Assembly (NCBI RefSeq): GCF_964355755.1
Contig: NC_092671.1
Span: 11,222,001 to 11,286,000, forward strand
DNA from: Antedon mediterranea
Taxonomy: Eukaryota; Animalia; Echinodermata
Direction: 5' to 3'
Length of the DNA stretch: 64,000 bases
Each line of letters begins with the position of its first letter. The first letter of the stretch is position 1. The position numbers and the translations under genes are program-made. Below, piece after piece: positions 28,923-40,579 of the stretch. The notes under the pieces are model-generated. The model made no database searches. It saw nothing but the letters and a program-made list of their open reading frames with translations, and was not told where the DNA came from.

Positions 28923-29133
28923 TTAAATATGCTATTTTAATGTCACTTAATTCACTTTGGATTGAAAAACGCTAATTTACAACAAAACATATAGTCAAAT
29001 TAGCTGCCAGCTATTGGGTTTTTGGTTGAATCTAACCGTTTATTTTGTCATTTTATAAGTGAAAACATTTGTTCGTGTTTCTACGGGAGTGATTAACTTT
29101 GTTGAAACAAAATAGCCTATTCAAAGTCTGATT
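28923..29133 (-). repeat. Family E, copy 2 (inverted)
   Basis: Reverse complement of 14328-14588, e.g. ATATGCTATTTTAATGTCAC, TTTTATAAGTGAAAA, TATTCAAAGTCTGATT. Confidence 0.8.
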
Positions 29134-29459
29134 CAAAGTCTTTAAATCATAAACTGATCTAAGCAGATTTATTCTACTTAAAATTTCAAGCACTTCCTAA
29201 ACCTTTTTTTTCCTTTCCATTTGCATTAAGAACGAGTATATAAATGTAGTTTTTATTATGTACATGCTATACTTTTTATTGTCTACATGACGTGCTTCGA
29301 TATAACTTGGAACAAATCAATCATTAATCAAACACAAGTAAATACACCCAGGAAACTAACATCGATAATAAACTCAATGGCATAAAAATTTGTTTAAAAT
29401 CATGTCATAATGAGGCTTAGAAGGAGAATCCCAGTTTTCTTAAACATGAATATAAAATG

Positions 29460-29696
29460 AAGATTAATTAAATCAGACTTTTAATAGGTTATTTTGTAGT
29501 TTCAATCACGTTAATCACTTCCGTAGAAACAAAAAATGTTTTCACTTATAAAATAACAATAATAAATGGTTAAATTCAACCAATTTGACCCATTTTTGCT
29601 TTAAATTACAGGTTTTTCAGGCGAATAAATTTTGTTTAGATCCAATTTTTGGTCAAAGTGAATAACTATTGTGTGAGATCAAAATGGCATATTTAA
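29460..29696 (+). repeat. Family E, copy 3
   Basis: Collinear with 14328-14588 over about 240 bp. Confidence 0.85.
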
Positions 29697-31482
29697 CAAA
29701 CAAAATTTGAAAAATAATTTTTTAAATCTAGCAGTTTAATCATCCAATAACTTCCAGCATAACGTAATATAACACATATCGTAGCTGTGTTTCCAATGAA
29801 ACCGATAACTTTGCTAACACCCTTAAAGTTTATAGATATTTATCTAAAACTTAAACAGTATTAAGTTATTGTCTTTTATTGTAATGGTTTCTTCCATTTC
29901 AACTATAAATTATTTGAAATTCACGGACATGGCTTGTGACATAATTATTAATAAAGTCAGGGAAGATATTTTGTTGAAAGTAATAAGAAGTTCGTTTCAA
30001 TAGTGGTTGCTGATAATTGGTGAGATTTACATGAAATACAAGATTATCATGAAAATACAGTTCTTTAAATTAATAACTATCGTTCAAAACGTGGCCGCAG
30101 ATAAGAATGTGATTATTGAAACGGAGAGACCATCAGGATTATCAAGAGATACACGTAGAAAGAAATTTAGCCAGCTCGAGTAGTATAATTGATCGGTGAC
30201 TTTAAAATTGTTTCAGTTACTAGAGTAATAATCATTCCATGCCCAAAGGCTTTGCCGCTAATCGCAATATTAAACTAAGGCACATTTTTTGTACAATATA
30301 AGTCGGCATTCTTTCACTGTAGAAAAAATATATTTTGAAAAATGTGTCTTTTTTATCATGTATAACATACACCTAATATATTGACCGTAATTATTATTTT
30401 TGTTTCTTTAATGCCATGATGGACTATACGAGCTCAGTATATACTGTAAGTCTAAAATAAAAAACCAGAAATATTAAGCCTGAGCTCATATCAATAAATC
30501 AATCAATCCATTAATACAAGTTTAACCAACATGAAATAATTATGTAAATATTAAATTGAAAAAATTTAATAATTTATCACTTAACGTAACTTACTTGAAT
30601 GGAGAATGTTGAGAAAATACGATTAATCAATACTGTACAACCGCACTGAACCAAAGATAGATTATATAGATGACTATTGTAGGTTACGGTACGCGTTACA
30701 CATTATTCTTATTCATTTGGTGTGCTAGGTAGGCCCCTGTGTTTGGGTAATAGGCCTCTTATTCGACCTAGAGCAAAGGTATAGTTGTAACCTTCTCAGT
30801 ATACAATTCCAAGCATTTTACTATTCCATGCACCCCTATAAACTAATGACTCTGCGATGTGATAACAATTAGTGTATAACAGCTCGCACAAGCTCTTTCT
30901 CTTTTATAGATTATTAAATCATAGACATTTTTGGTGGTTCATCAAATATAATAATATTAATATACATTATTATTTAAGATGACGGTCATTAAATCCAAAA
31001 ATTTAAAAAAAAATACATTGCTTGTATAATTTTGATTGATTTACAGACATTTCATAATCTGTTATTGGCTACGATTGTTATTATGATCCATTCAAATTTT
31101 CATTTTACTAAATCAAATTTTACTCAGCACAGAAAATGAATCAATGACTGTACATTACATATTATATCTACTTAAGATAGCAATTGGACAATAAATTTAA
31201 ATCTTCTCGATTCGCCGGTGATTAGAAAAAAATATTCTATTAGAGTAGAATTAAAGATGTTACTCGTAAATCCTTATAACGTAATTTGAAAAAAGAAAGT
31301 ATAATACATTTTGTTCAAACTTAGATTATCCCGACCGACATAACAATGGTGATGTACTGATTAATTGAAATCATAGGTATGTGTATACGGAGGGTTGACT
31401 CTCTCTATAGTTATACCTCATAATTGAAACAGAATACATGTAGGTATTCAACCATACGTCTGACACTTTGTCGCCGCCCACA

Positions 31483-31575
31483 GTAGTGGAGCTGTAGCTT
31501 GGTGGTAAACTTGCTTGCCCTCCAATCCCAAAGGTCCGAGGTTCAATCCTGACCTAGGGTTGTAACTCTTTCAAC
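31483..31575 (+). mobile_element. tRNA-derived SINE head
   Basis: A-box-like TAGCTTGGTGG (31495-31505) and B-box-like GGTTCAATCC (31540-31549). A diverged homolog lies at 40492-40579 (-). No clean cloverleaf. Confidence 0.7.
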
Positions 31576-32240
31576 TCCACTCACATAAATGAGACGATCA
31601 GTTATAAAATAGTTTATCCATCCTTTAATTGATAAGTTTTTTGCTCGCTGTTTGATCTGTATGAAAAAAAAAGACTCTCACAAAATACCATCTCGCATTT
31701 CATATAAATCTTTCCAAGCAAGTTGTTGCAAATTACTGAGTTGTTTCAAATTACTGAATTATTTTTTTGGTATTTCTGATACACCCAAAATGGAAAAATC
31801 TATCGTTACGTAATACGTCAAAAGTCACCATTTTTGCTTAAATTACTTACTCGAAACGTTCTATTGGGATTAAAATTACATTTACAAAATGTTGAAAACA
31901 GTCTTGAAACTGAGAAGATTGATGATTAAGATTATTTCATCGTCCTATTTCAATCAATCCCTAACAGCAGTGTTATTTCGACAGGTTTTAATCATTAGAT
32001 ACCAATGCAGCAGATAGTGGCAGATATTTTTATCTTAGCAGCTTATAAATTGTGAACTTTAATTAAACTTGTTTCCACCCAAGTTTCAAATTAATTATAT
32101 TAATGTTAAAATGCAGAATTTTTTGTAAATGCTTAATCCTAATTGAATCAATCTAACTTTCTTCCAAGCTTCTCAAACGCTGGCAAGCAAAAAAACTATG
32201 TTGACGTCATCAGTCCCTTCTTGAATGACGCACCCTGGGT

Positions 32241-32369
32241 ATCTTGGTTCCCATTTGGACGCTCTACGCGACAATAATTTGTCCAATCACAAGCGATGTA
32301 TCATCATGTCATTTTTGATTGGTTAACTCACTTGCATTGCATTTAATTACGTCGTTAGAGAACCAAGCT
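32241..32369. mobile_element. MITE family C, degenerate copy
   Basis: ATCTTGGTTCCCA...CCAATCACAAGCGATG...TGATTGG...GAACCAAGCT. Confidence 0.65.
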
Positions 32370-32679
32370 TTTTATAGGTTTAAATGGAACTTACGATTGA
32401 ATATGTGAGTGCGTGCCTATTATATAAGACAGGCATTAATTCCTATGATCAAGCGCAACATGTAACAACTTAACCAGAATTTGGGAAAAACGGAACTAAA
32501 GTATTACGAAGTTTGTAGGATTAACGATCAAGGTTTCGAGAAAAGAATCGATTTTCCAAATGTTTTTCTCATCAACATTCACGTGAACACTTTTACATAT
32601 GAAGATTATACATTTATTATTTAATTTATATTTTGCTATTATAGTGTTTTTGACAGTACTGTAGCGTTATATAATCAAT

Positions 32680-32950
32680 AATAATCGGTTCAAGCCCGGC
32701 CCAGTCACTGCAGTGTTGAGTCCTTGAGCAAGATTCTTTATCCACATTGTTCCTCCTCCCCACCCAGGTGATAGAAATGGGTACCGGTATGTAAAAAGTA
32801 CTGGGAAGGTAAATCAGACTCGTTTGTGCGGGAGGAGTGGCGTACCCCCACAAACATACACACTTAGTGGAGTCTGGCCCAAACGCTAAGGAAATGGAGA
32901 TGGGCACCACGGCCGTTAGCACGAGCTTCGGTTTCGACTTTACCTTTACC
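32680..32950 (+). mobile_element. 5'-truncated tRNA-derived SINE with CORE-like centre, (TTTACC)n tail and 13-bp TSD
   Basis: TTATATAATCAAT is duplicated at 32667-32679 and 32951-32963. Contains B-box GGTTCAAGCC, then TCCTTGAGCAAG...CCACCCAGGTG..AAATGGGTACC, and tail CTTTACCTTTACC. Confidence 0.88.
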
Positions 32951-33198
32951 TTATATAATCAATTCAGGTTTGTGTACGTAAGAGTATTCGTATACAAAGA
33001 TTTACATTTAATTATAATTCCTGCTGGAATGTGTGTTCAGCCACAAAGTATTTATGTTTTTAGACATACTTTCTAATCGTAAAACTATTCACATCACATA
33101 TACAATCTCTAATACACACTGTTTAAGTACTGTACAGAGTAATATTAGCTTAGACTTGACACGATAAAATATCAAAAACGCAATTTCAGTCTAGCGTT

Positions 33199-33377
33199 GC
33201 GCAATGCGTGAAAACGGAAAGTCCTCAATGACGAGAATCGCGTGGTTTAATAATTGTGGTGATCATATTTTTATTTATTTCATGAAAATAACTTCGCAAA
33301 CTCAGCAATACTGTCGGCGCAACGTGTGAAACCGAAAAGTCCCCAATGACGAGAATAAACGTGATTTTATTATAATT
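33199..33377. repeat. Diverged tandem duplication, period about 118 bp
   Basis: GCGCAA..GTGAAA.CG.AAAGTCC.CAATGACGAGAAT..CGTG occurs twice. Confidence 0.75.
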
Positions 33378-34783
33378 TTCAATTAAAATATATTGTAGTG
33401 TGGATTGTTAGTGTCATCTCAGAGGTGGCATGTTTTCATACGGGTGCTTTGTTTAATCACGCCTTGAAAATATATTTTTAAATTAAAATGATACAGTAAC
33501 TTATTTCAGTGGACATGTTACAGATCATTATAAAGCGTCTTATTCTTACTGTATGGAATAAAGTCCATTAATTGAGTCTTTACTAGATATTTTTACACTG
33601 AAGTAGCTGTTACCCGGCTATAATTACAAATAGGCTTCTGTAATGATGATAACACACTTCTGAAACCTAATAAAACGTTTACAAAATAATAAATACACCA
33701 CACGAAACAATTCAAAATACATCAACAGCAAACTGGGCAAGTACGTAGGCTAGTAATAATGTTTACTGTTAATTACAACAACAGTATAACAGCCTACCAA
33801 AATATACCAGTTCAATGTATTCTGTATTTACAGTGAAGCTTCTGTCAATAATAACAAAATATCATTACTGGATTCTAAAACGATTGGTAATGGTGAATGA
33901 ATATTATCTTTATCAGATAATTCGCTCTACTCTGACGTAAACTGTACTTATAAGTACATTTGAGAACATCTATGAGAACGAACCCTCTTTTCTCCCTGAC
34001 GCTTGCAACACAATCTCTATTTTAATATTAACCTAATTGTGATCATTTAGGTCTAGTGTTTCTATACTTGCAATTTACAGTTATTTCAAATATTTGAATA
34101 ATTTTCAGAAACGTATTCAAATTCAATAATTATAATTATGATACTGTTTTCTGAAGTTCTTTCGCAACTTAAATAAATTTCTCTTTAAAATACACAAAAC
34201 ACCATCACCATAGCCTTGATAGATCCGCCAAAGATAAGTATAAAAATTCAGTTCCCTGCTGACATTTCATTTTTTGCAATAATATAACCAATACAATTTT
34301 AGGAAAGTATATATGCCGCTGCGATTAGGAGCAAGAAAAAACAATTTAGAAATGTTATTTTCTATATGAATTCCGCGCTGCTGATAACAAAAGTGCCGAG
34401 ATGAATGAATCGACGATCAGTGTCCTTCATATCTTCAAGACTCTCTGGTCACATAAGTGCCGGTACACTTTATCTCTTTTATACCGTTTTCTAAAGGTTG
34501 GTTTCCATAGGTCGCAACACAAGAAGACAAACATGCACGCAAGTAATTTACCAACTACAAACGATCGCTATAATTAGGAATTGACTACACCAAAGTGTTT
34601 ATACAGAATTATCTTCATGAGAAAAAATGGTGTTTTAAGGGAGATATTGCTAATACTAATACTAATACAAGAGAGGCCTACATGTAAGCCTACGGTACTG
34701 ATTTTTAAAAAGAGGGCGCAATCCGTGCACGCATGTAGATGAGGTCAAAATAGCTTGTTTATAGATTTAGGCATCCAGAAGAC

Positions 34784-34819
34784 CATGGAGAAATAAGTTA
34801 GTTAACTTATTTCTCCATG
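34784..34819. mobile_element. Perfect 17+2+17-bp palindrome with 7-bp duplication (probable P-superfamily excision footprint)
   Basis: AGAAGAC|CATGGAGAAATAAGTTA-GT-TAACTTATTTCTCCATG|AGCAGAC. Confidence 0.8.
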
Positions 34820-36480
34820 AGCAGACAGACACAGTTTTCCAGTACATTGTTACACCACGTGTGCGATTGTGTAATACGAATTTTCTTACTCACGTGTCTT
34901 TTCCCCAACATAGATTGTTTGTAGAATTTATGTGATAGGAATGGCCAACAGACGTCTAAAATCCAACAAGTGGGTATAGAATCATAACAAACCGTTTTGA
35001 GCGCTAATTTCATTACGGTCAGTGCCTTATCAATGTTTAAATGTAGGTCCCTATAGAGGTAAAAAGATGTTCTTTATTTACGTTTTCGGGTAACAACAAT
35101 TTAAATAGAGTAGAACAGCAGAAAGGGGCTTAAAACATTGTCTCCTTAATAGGGGGTTTCGCGAGAAAAACAACAAGCATTATTATATAACAAAATGAAC
35201 AATAATTGATCTGTCAAGAAATTGAGAATTCAAAATCTGCAGCTAACGTTTCCGCAATGAAACTGTCGAGCCAGAGCATTTATCGTGATTATATCTAAAA
35301 CTAAAAAAAATCGAAATTAATTTAATCATTTGGTCTGCTTTGTTGTATTTGTGATGGATAAAAATTTTTCCCTTTAATAGTGGTTGAATCAGACATCTGT
35401 ACTTTTATTATGGGTATCATCTGATTAGGCTTGACCGTATAGTGTTAAAACAGATATTTCCCTCGTTTCGTAGGAAAGTTTCCCAGTTCTACTCTACAAA
35501 ATTGTTATAGCTTTTTATAACTGCATACAAAAATCATATCGATACGTGACCCGAGTATATACAATTTTAGTGAGCTTTATCCAGTCTCGGTAGAACTAAT
35601 CTAGGCCTGTCAGATTTCATAAAAATAAATAATAAGTGTTTTAATTTTAGATACAAGTTTGAGAAATTGTCCAGTTTTATTCAAATTGTATCAGATTTCC
35701 AATTGTTTTGGAAAAAAATCTAATTACTTTTGTTCGGTCTATGACATTAAAGAATTGATTCATCTGTAACTTATGTATTTTCATTAATATTTCACTTTCA
35801 TTGTAACAATGTTTCTGCTGGGCAAATTAATTAAAAGATTTCAACACACAATACGCAGATGTACAGATAATCCAAGTTGAAATCTATAAAATTGTAAAAT
35901 GCGAAATGTCAGTGTTACTCAAATCTCTTAAATTGCGTTACAGTGTTACCTGTTGAGATTGATAATGGAAGAACGGCTTTGTTTCCCATTTTCAGTTTCA
36001 GTAAGTATCATTATAGCGTATAGAAAGAAAATTCGCCGATCAAGATGTGATTATATTCTCCGCTTGGTAATTGTAGATTTACAGCTCCCTTTAGAGGCAA
36101 GTAAAGTCGTCGGAAGTTGCTGAAATGAAATGCGTGCTTAAAACAATAAACGAAATGGACTTAATGTGTACTATTCAACATCGTGAAGATAATAACAACG
36201 TAAACACGCTCAGTATCCACGATTTGTGGTTCTTAAAAGTCATTGCTGAGTGATGCCATTTTGTTTAAAAGATTGAATACTTGTCTACGTACTATACTTA
36301 TAATTGCTACATTTAATATCCTTGGTGAAAATATTACGGGAGGGAAAACAGTTTAGTGTATAGTTTTAGAACTCAATTATTGATACAAAATATCACTATA
36401 TCATACTTATTAAAGGTTTCAGTATAGTCAAATCAATATAATGGTTCCAACATAATAGAACAAATAAACTAATTAGTTAA

Positions 36481-37106
36481 AGCCCCATTCCCTACGTTTT
36501 TTAGATCTAATTTAAGATCACAAACTATATTTAATGTAAAAATAATACTATATGGTCCTATTGCGATAACTTTTTTCGTCTTTAAACGGTTAAAAATGTG
36601 AAAAATAAGTCGATTTTAATAATTATAGCGGCCCGCTATAAATCCCAAAATGCATTGCGCGCGGATTGATATTTTTGTTTTTCACCTGTAATTCGCCCAC
36701 TTTTCGATCGATCGTGAGGCCAAAACAAATGGAAGACTCCCAACTTTTCAGCGAAAATATCGGGTTTTCCCCAATTTGTATCAACGGAGTCTGGCAAAAA
36801 TAGAAAGACAATTAATGCAGCAACTATACAACGTCAGGCTAGGTATATAGCTAGCGTACGATGTTCGTACGTTACCGATGTTTACCAGCTAGGCCTAAAA
36901 AACTAAGCCTAGCCAGGCTAGGCCTAAGACCGTCCACGAGAGGTCGATCGCCGCGAGCTACTTAGGTAGTGCATTGTTTCTCACTTTTTATCATAATTTA
37001 CCATAAAACGTACATTTAAGACAAGGAATGACATGGTTTAATGTTTTTAAAGTGATATACATGTATTATTTTCCAAAAAACGTCCAAAATTGCAGGGAAG
37101 GGGTCT
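36481..37106. mobile_element. Non-autonomous Kolobok-type DNA transposon
   Basis: TTAA on both sides (36477-36480, 37107-37110), AG...CT termini, and imperfect 15-bp TIRs AGCCCCATTCCCTAC / GCAGGGAAGGGGTCT (12/15). Confidence 0.7.
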
Positions 37107-38309
37107 TTAACATAACAACAAAAGGTTGATGACAATTAACCTTTAAATCCTTATTTATAGCTAAAGTTATTTCGTAATTCCATAGACAATTTTTTTCTAC
37201 AGAATCTATATATAAATTATGCTTAATTCTGACATAGGCGAGCACAGTGGAAAAACTTCGGGGAAAATCTCCGCCTTGGATAAATACCTCATCTTTCTTA
37301 GATGTACCGCGAAACGTATATTTGATAACATTAGTTCTCATTATTACGATATTGTTTCATATTTCTATCTTAGGAAGATATTATAAAGAAATTTTGAAAC
37401 AAAATTTCTGATTTCATCGGTAGATTTTTAACCGTACGCGGTAGAAGTAATTTCCGGGTTCACGGTGAGTTCACGGGTTCACCTTGCAACTTCCTGGTTT
37501 CAACTAAGTTGGACGTTAGTGGCGATAGCCATTTTAGATTTTGTTTATTTTCGGGCCGCGCGTATGAATGTACAGTAGTTAGCAAAATTAAACTGCAAAT
37601 TAATAAAGATCAAATTAAATATATTCATAAAGCATCGGAGTAAATTGTTGGAAATAGTATATAAAATTACATCGAGAGAACTGATGATAAAACCTTTTGT
37701 TTTAAATAGAGTGAAACCCCGATAGCCGAGTTGTTAAGTAGGCTGGCAGGAATAACTGTGGGCTATCACGATTCCGTTAGGTGATACTTCTGCCCATGTT
37801 GCAAGCCGTCTAAAAACATCTCCCTTCTTGGGCCGAAACGGCCCACTGTGTCGCGGAAGTTACCCAGAATTGCAACTGACTATGTCTAGTTATATAGCTA
37901 AGGCCTACAGAGTAGTGAGACACCAATATGTGAACAAAATAACCCAAAGTAACAAGAAAAATAATATAACGACAAGTATTATTCATTCAACGTAGATCTC
38001 AATTCAAAGAAAATCGTGCTATAAAACACCTTTCACATAACATAAATGTATACTTCTACTGTAGCATTATTATCAGAGCCTTATATTATATAACGGAACC
38101 ATACTACTGATAGTGATTGCAACCAAAGTGATCTAACATAACTACTTTGTGATGTTACACTATCGAGGATTAAACCAATCACTATGATTAGTAAGAACAC
38201 ATGTCAACTGCGGTACCAATAACTGCAGTGTCCCACACGTTACAGGGTAACTACCGTAATTATACTCAAAATCCAATGTATGTTTAAAATCTGTTTGGCT
38301 GCCGTATAA

Positions 38310-38334
38310 TTCCATTCATTCTTTTTACTTTCAG
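38310..38334 (+). promoter_or_regulatory. 3' splice acceptor preceding the GPCR coding exon
   Basis: Polypyrimidine tract TTCCATTCATTCTTTTTACTTTCAG ends 26 nt before the ATG. An in-frame TGA at 38343-38345 implies any upstream exon is non-coding. Confidence 0.65.
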
Positions 38335-38360
38335 ATAGTTCATGAAAGAAAATTATAAAG

Positions 38361-39497
38361 ATGGATCCGTACGAAGATATCGATTGTTCCTTAATATTCA
38401 ATGGCTCAGCATACGAAGCCGAGTATTTAGTGTACTCGACAGGCGATAAGGTTAACATTATGTTTATTATGCCAATTTTTCTGCTCGTCGGTTTGGCGGG
38501 AAACGGTACATTCTTGTTTGTTACAATGAAAGTTCCAAACATCCAGACGGCAACAAATGGATATCTAGTAAATCTTGCCATTGCAGATATTCTGTTTCTG
38601 ATTTTTGCGATCACCGAAAAGATTGTGTGCTTGATTGCTTCCCCTCTTGAAAGAGACAAGAGTGTACTCGGTATAGGCGGAACTGTTATCTCAGAGATGG
38701 CAATCAATTTGTCGTATTTTGCATCATTATTCTTTATAACACTTGTTACTGTTGAACGTTATTACGCGGTTTGTACGCCACATGCACGACAAGATACAAA
38801 CAAAACTTCTACAATAAAAATCATAATAGCCTGGATAATTGCAGGCATATTAGCAAGTACTTTATTAGGCTCTGTTTTGGACAAAAATATCGTTTGCATC
38901 GTATGGCCAGACGAATATAATTATTTACCGCCGTATATAACAAAATACCATTTTTTAAAACCGTGGATGTCTATTTATGCAAACTTTCTGCAAGGTTTTC
39001 TTTTTATCATTTTGTTTGTGGTGAACACTGTGTTGTATTTCAGAATAGTATACACGCTTGGAGATCGATTACAACTAAACCGAGAAGATTATGCGTGTCT
39101 GAAAAGAGATAAGAACATGAAACTGAGAAATCAAATCACGAGAACTGTGATTATTAACGGATGCGCATTTTTCTTTTGCCTTGCTCCGTATGAATTTACG
39201 TCTATATTTTATGCCATATCGGAGATAAACAATCACGAGATTCTTGATGGTCCTCAACGCAAACGTTTGCAGTTTGTAGTGCGTGGTTTGGTGTACACCA
39301 ACGCTATTGTAAATCCAATAATTTACGTATGTACAAGCCCTAGGTATCGCGAGGCATTCATTACGACCGTATTGGGTAGGAGGAACCAAGGAGACTTGGC
39401 TAATGCGAACTCATCAATAACGCAACAAACTCAGGGAGGCAGCATGCGAATAAAGCGAACACCACCACAGCAAACAACACAAGAGACAACGTGCTAA
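38361..39497 (+). CDS. Class A (rhodopsin-like) 7TM GPCR, 378 aa, peptide-receptor-like orphan, intronless CDS
   Basis: Seven hydrophobic segments with GN (TM1), NLAIAD (TM2), ERY (TM3), W (TM4), FFCLAP (TM6) and NPIIY (TM7); N-terminal NGS sequon; strong start context aagATGg. No specific ortholog recognised. Confidence 0.96.
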   Translation: MDPYEDIDCSLIFNGSAYEAEYLVYSTGDKVNIMFIMPIFLLVGLAGNGTFLFVTMKVPNIQTATNGYLVNLAIADILFLIFAITEKIVCLIASPLERDKSVLGIGGTVISEMAINLSYFASLFFITLVTVERYYAVCTPHARQDTNKTSTIKIIIAWIIAGILASTLLGSVLDKNIVCIVWPDEYNYLPPYITKYHFLKPWMSIYANFLQGFLFIILFVVNTVLYFRIVYTLGDRLQLNREDYACLKRDKNMKLRNQITRTVIINGCAFFFCLAPYEFTSIFYAISEINNHEILDGPQRKRLQFVVRGLVYTNAIVNPIIYVCTSPRYREAFITTVLGRRNQGDLANANSSITQQTQGGSMRIKRTPPQQTTQETTC

Positions 39498-40491
39498 GTT
39501 TTCGAATGGAAAAATGAAAAAAACTTTTACGTTATTGAGGGCGCTATTCAAATACTGAAAACTATATAATTATAATACTATATAATTAAACAATTATTAT
39601 TTTAAGTTGTGAAAATTACAAATAACAATAGATCCTTTAAAAGGAATGTATAAGTTGTATAGAAATTATTTAGTTTTTTTGTCTCCTTAAATTAATCATT
39701 TTATTTATACTGGAACAGAACTGATGTAATAAGTGTAATAGTCTGAATTTATTAACGATAGTAGAGTTAGAACGCTGGATCTTAAAAATAATGTAATTTA
39801 ACAAGTCCTATTCCGTTACCCATGTTTTGAATATTAGAAACAACATTCAACTCTCTAAGACCAGACAACAGGGGGCTGGCCCTCATGTTCATTCCATTTT
39901 TTCAAAAATAAATTTTAAAGAATAAAACTTAATACGAAATGAACAATTTTCTATGAGATGGGCCACGGATACATTTTTCTGGCAAATTAGGGTGTAGGGT
40001 TTAAAGTAAGGTATTCAAAATGGTATGAAGTTTCGAGTCTGACCTGACCTCGATGTCTGGTTTAGGAGAGATACATACACATCGAATTACGACACAGGAA
40101 CAAAAATGTTCATGTATATATCATATTTATATCATCCGTTTCAGTTGAGTGTTGTGTGCAATAGAATCATTATGTAATACAGTATATAGTATGACGTTAT
40201 AGTGTGTGACCAGTCAGTAAGACTAGTCCCTAAATAACGCAATATTTGGACCGGGTTAGTGACACAGTTGTATTTAGTTGTACAGGAAAACGCAAATAAA
40301 TCATTTAGTTAATATGATTTATTTTTTTACTTACAATCATTAGAAAACCATCATTGTTATTAATATTATCTGTATTGCACGTTGTAAAGGATTGACAATT
40401 TAATCAATTTTTAATAGTTGACATTCATGTTAAGAGGTCACAATCACATCCTCAACGCATACACAAGCTCCACATAAAGTGCTTTTTTGAT

Positions 40492-40579
40492 GTTGAAAAC
40501 TCAACATTATACAGGATTTGAACCAATGACCTTGGGATTGGTAGTCAACCATCGTAACCACCAAGCCACAACTTCACTC
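40492..40579 (-). mobile_element. tRNA-derived SINE head, same family as 31483-31575
   Basis: Minus strand reads GTGGCTTGGTGGTTA...CCAATCCCAAGGTC...GGTTCAAATCCTG...TTTCAAC. Confidence 0.7.

Noticed and set aside
31483-31575. Functional tRNA gene
   Set aside because: A and B boxes are present but no convincing acceptor or anticodon stems; a diverged second copy indicates a SINE head.
38240-39389. Minus-strand ORFs 38240-38707 and 39075-39389
   Set aside because: Antisense shadows of the GPCR CDS with no independent motifs.
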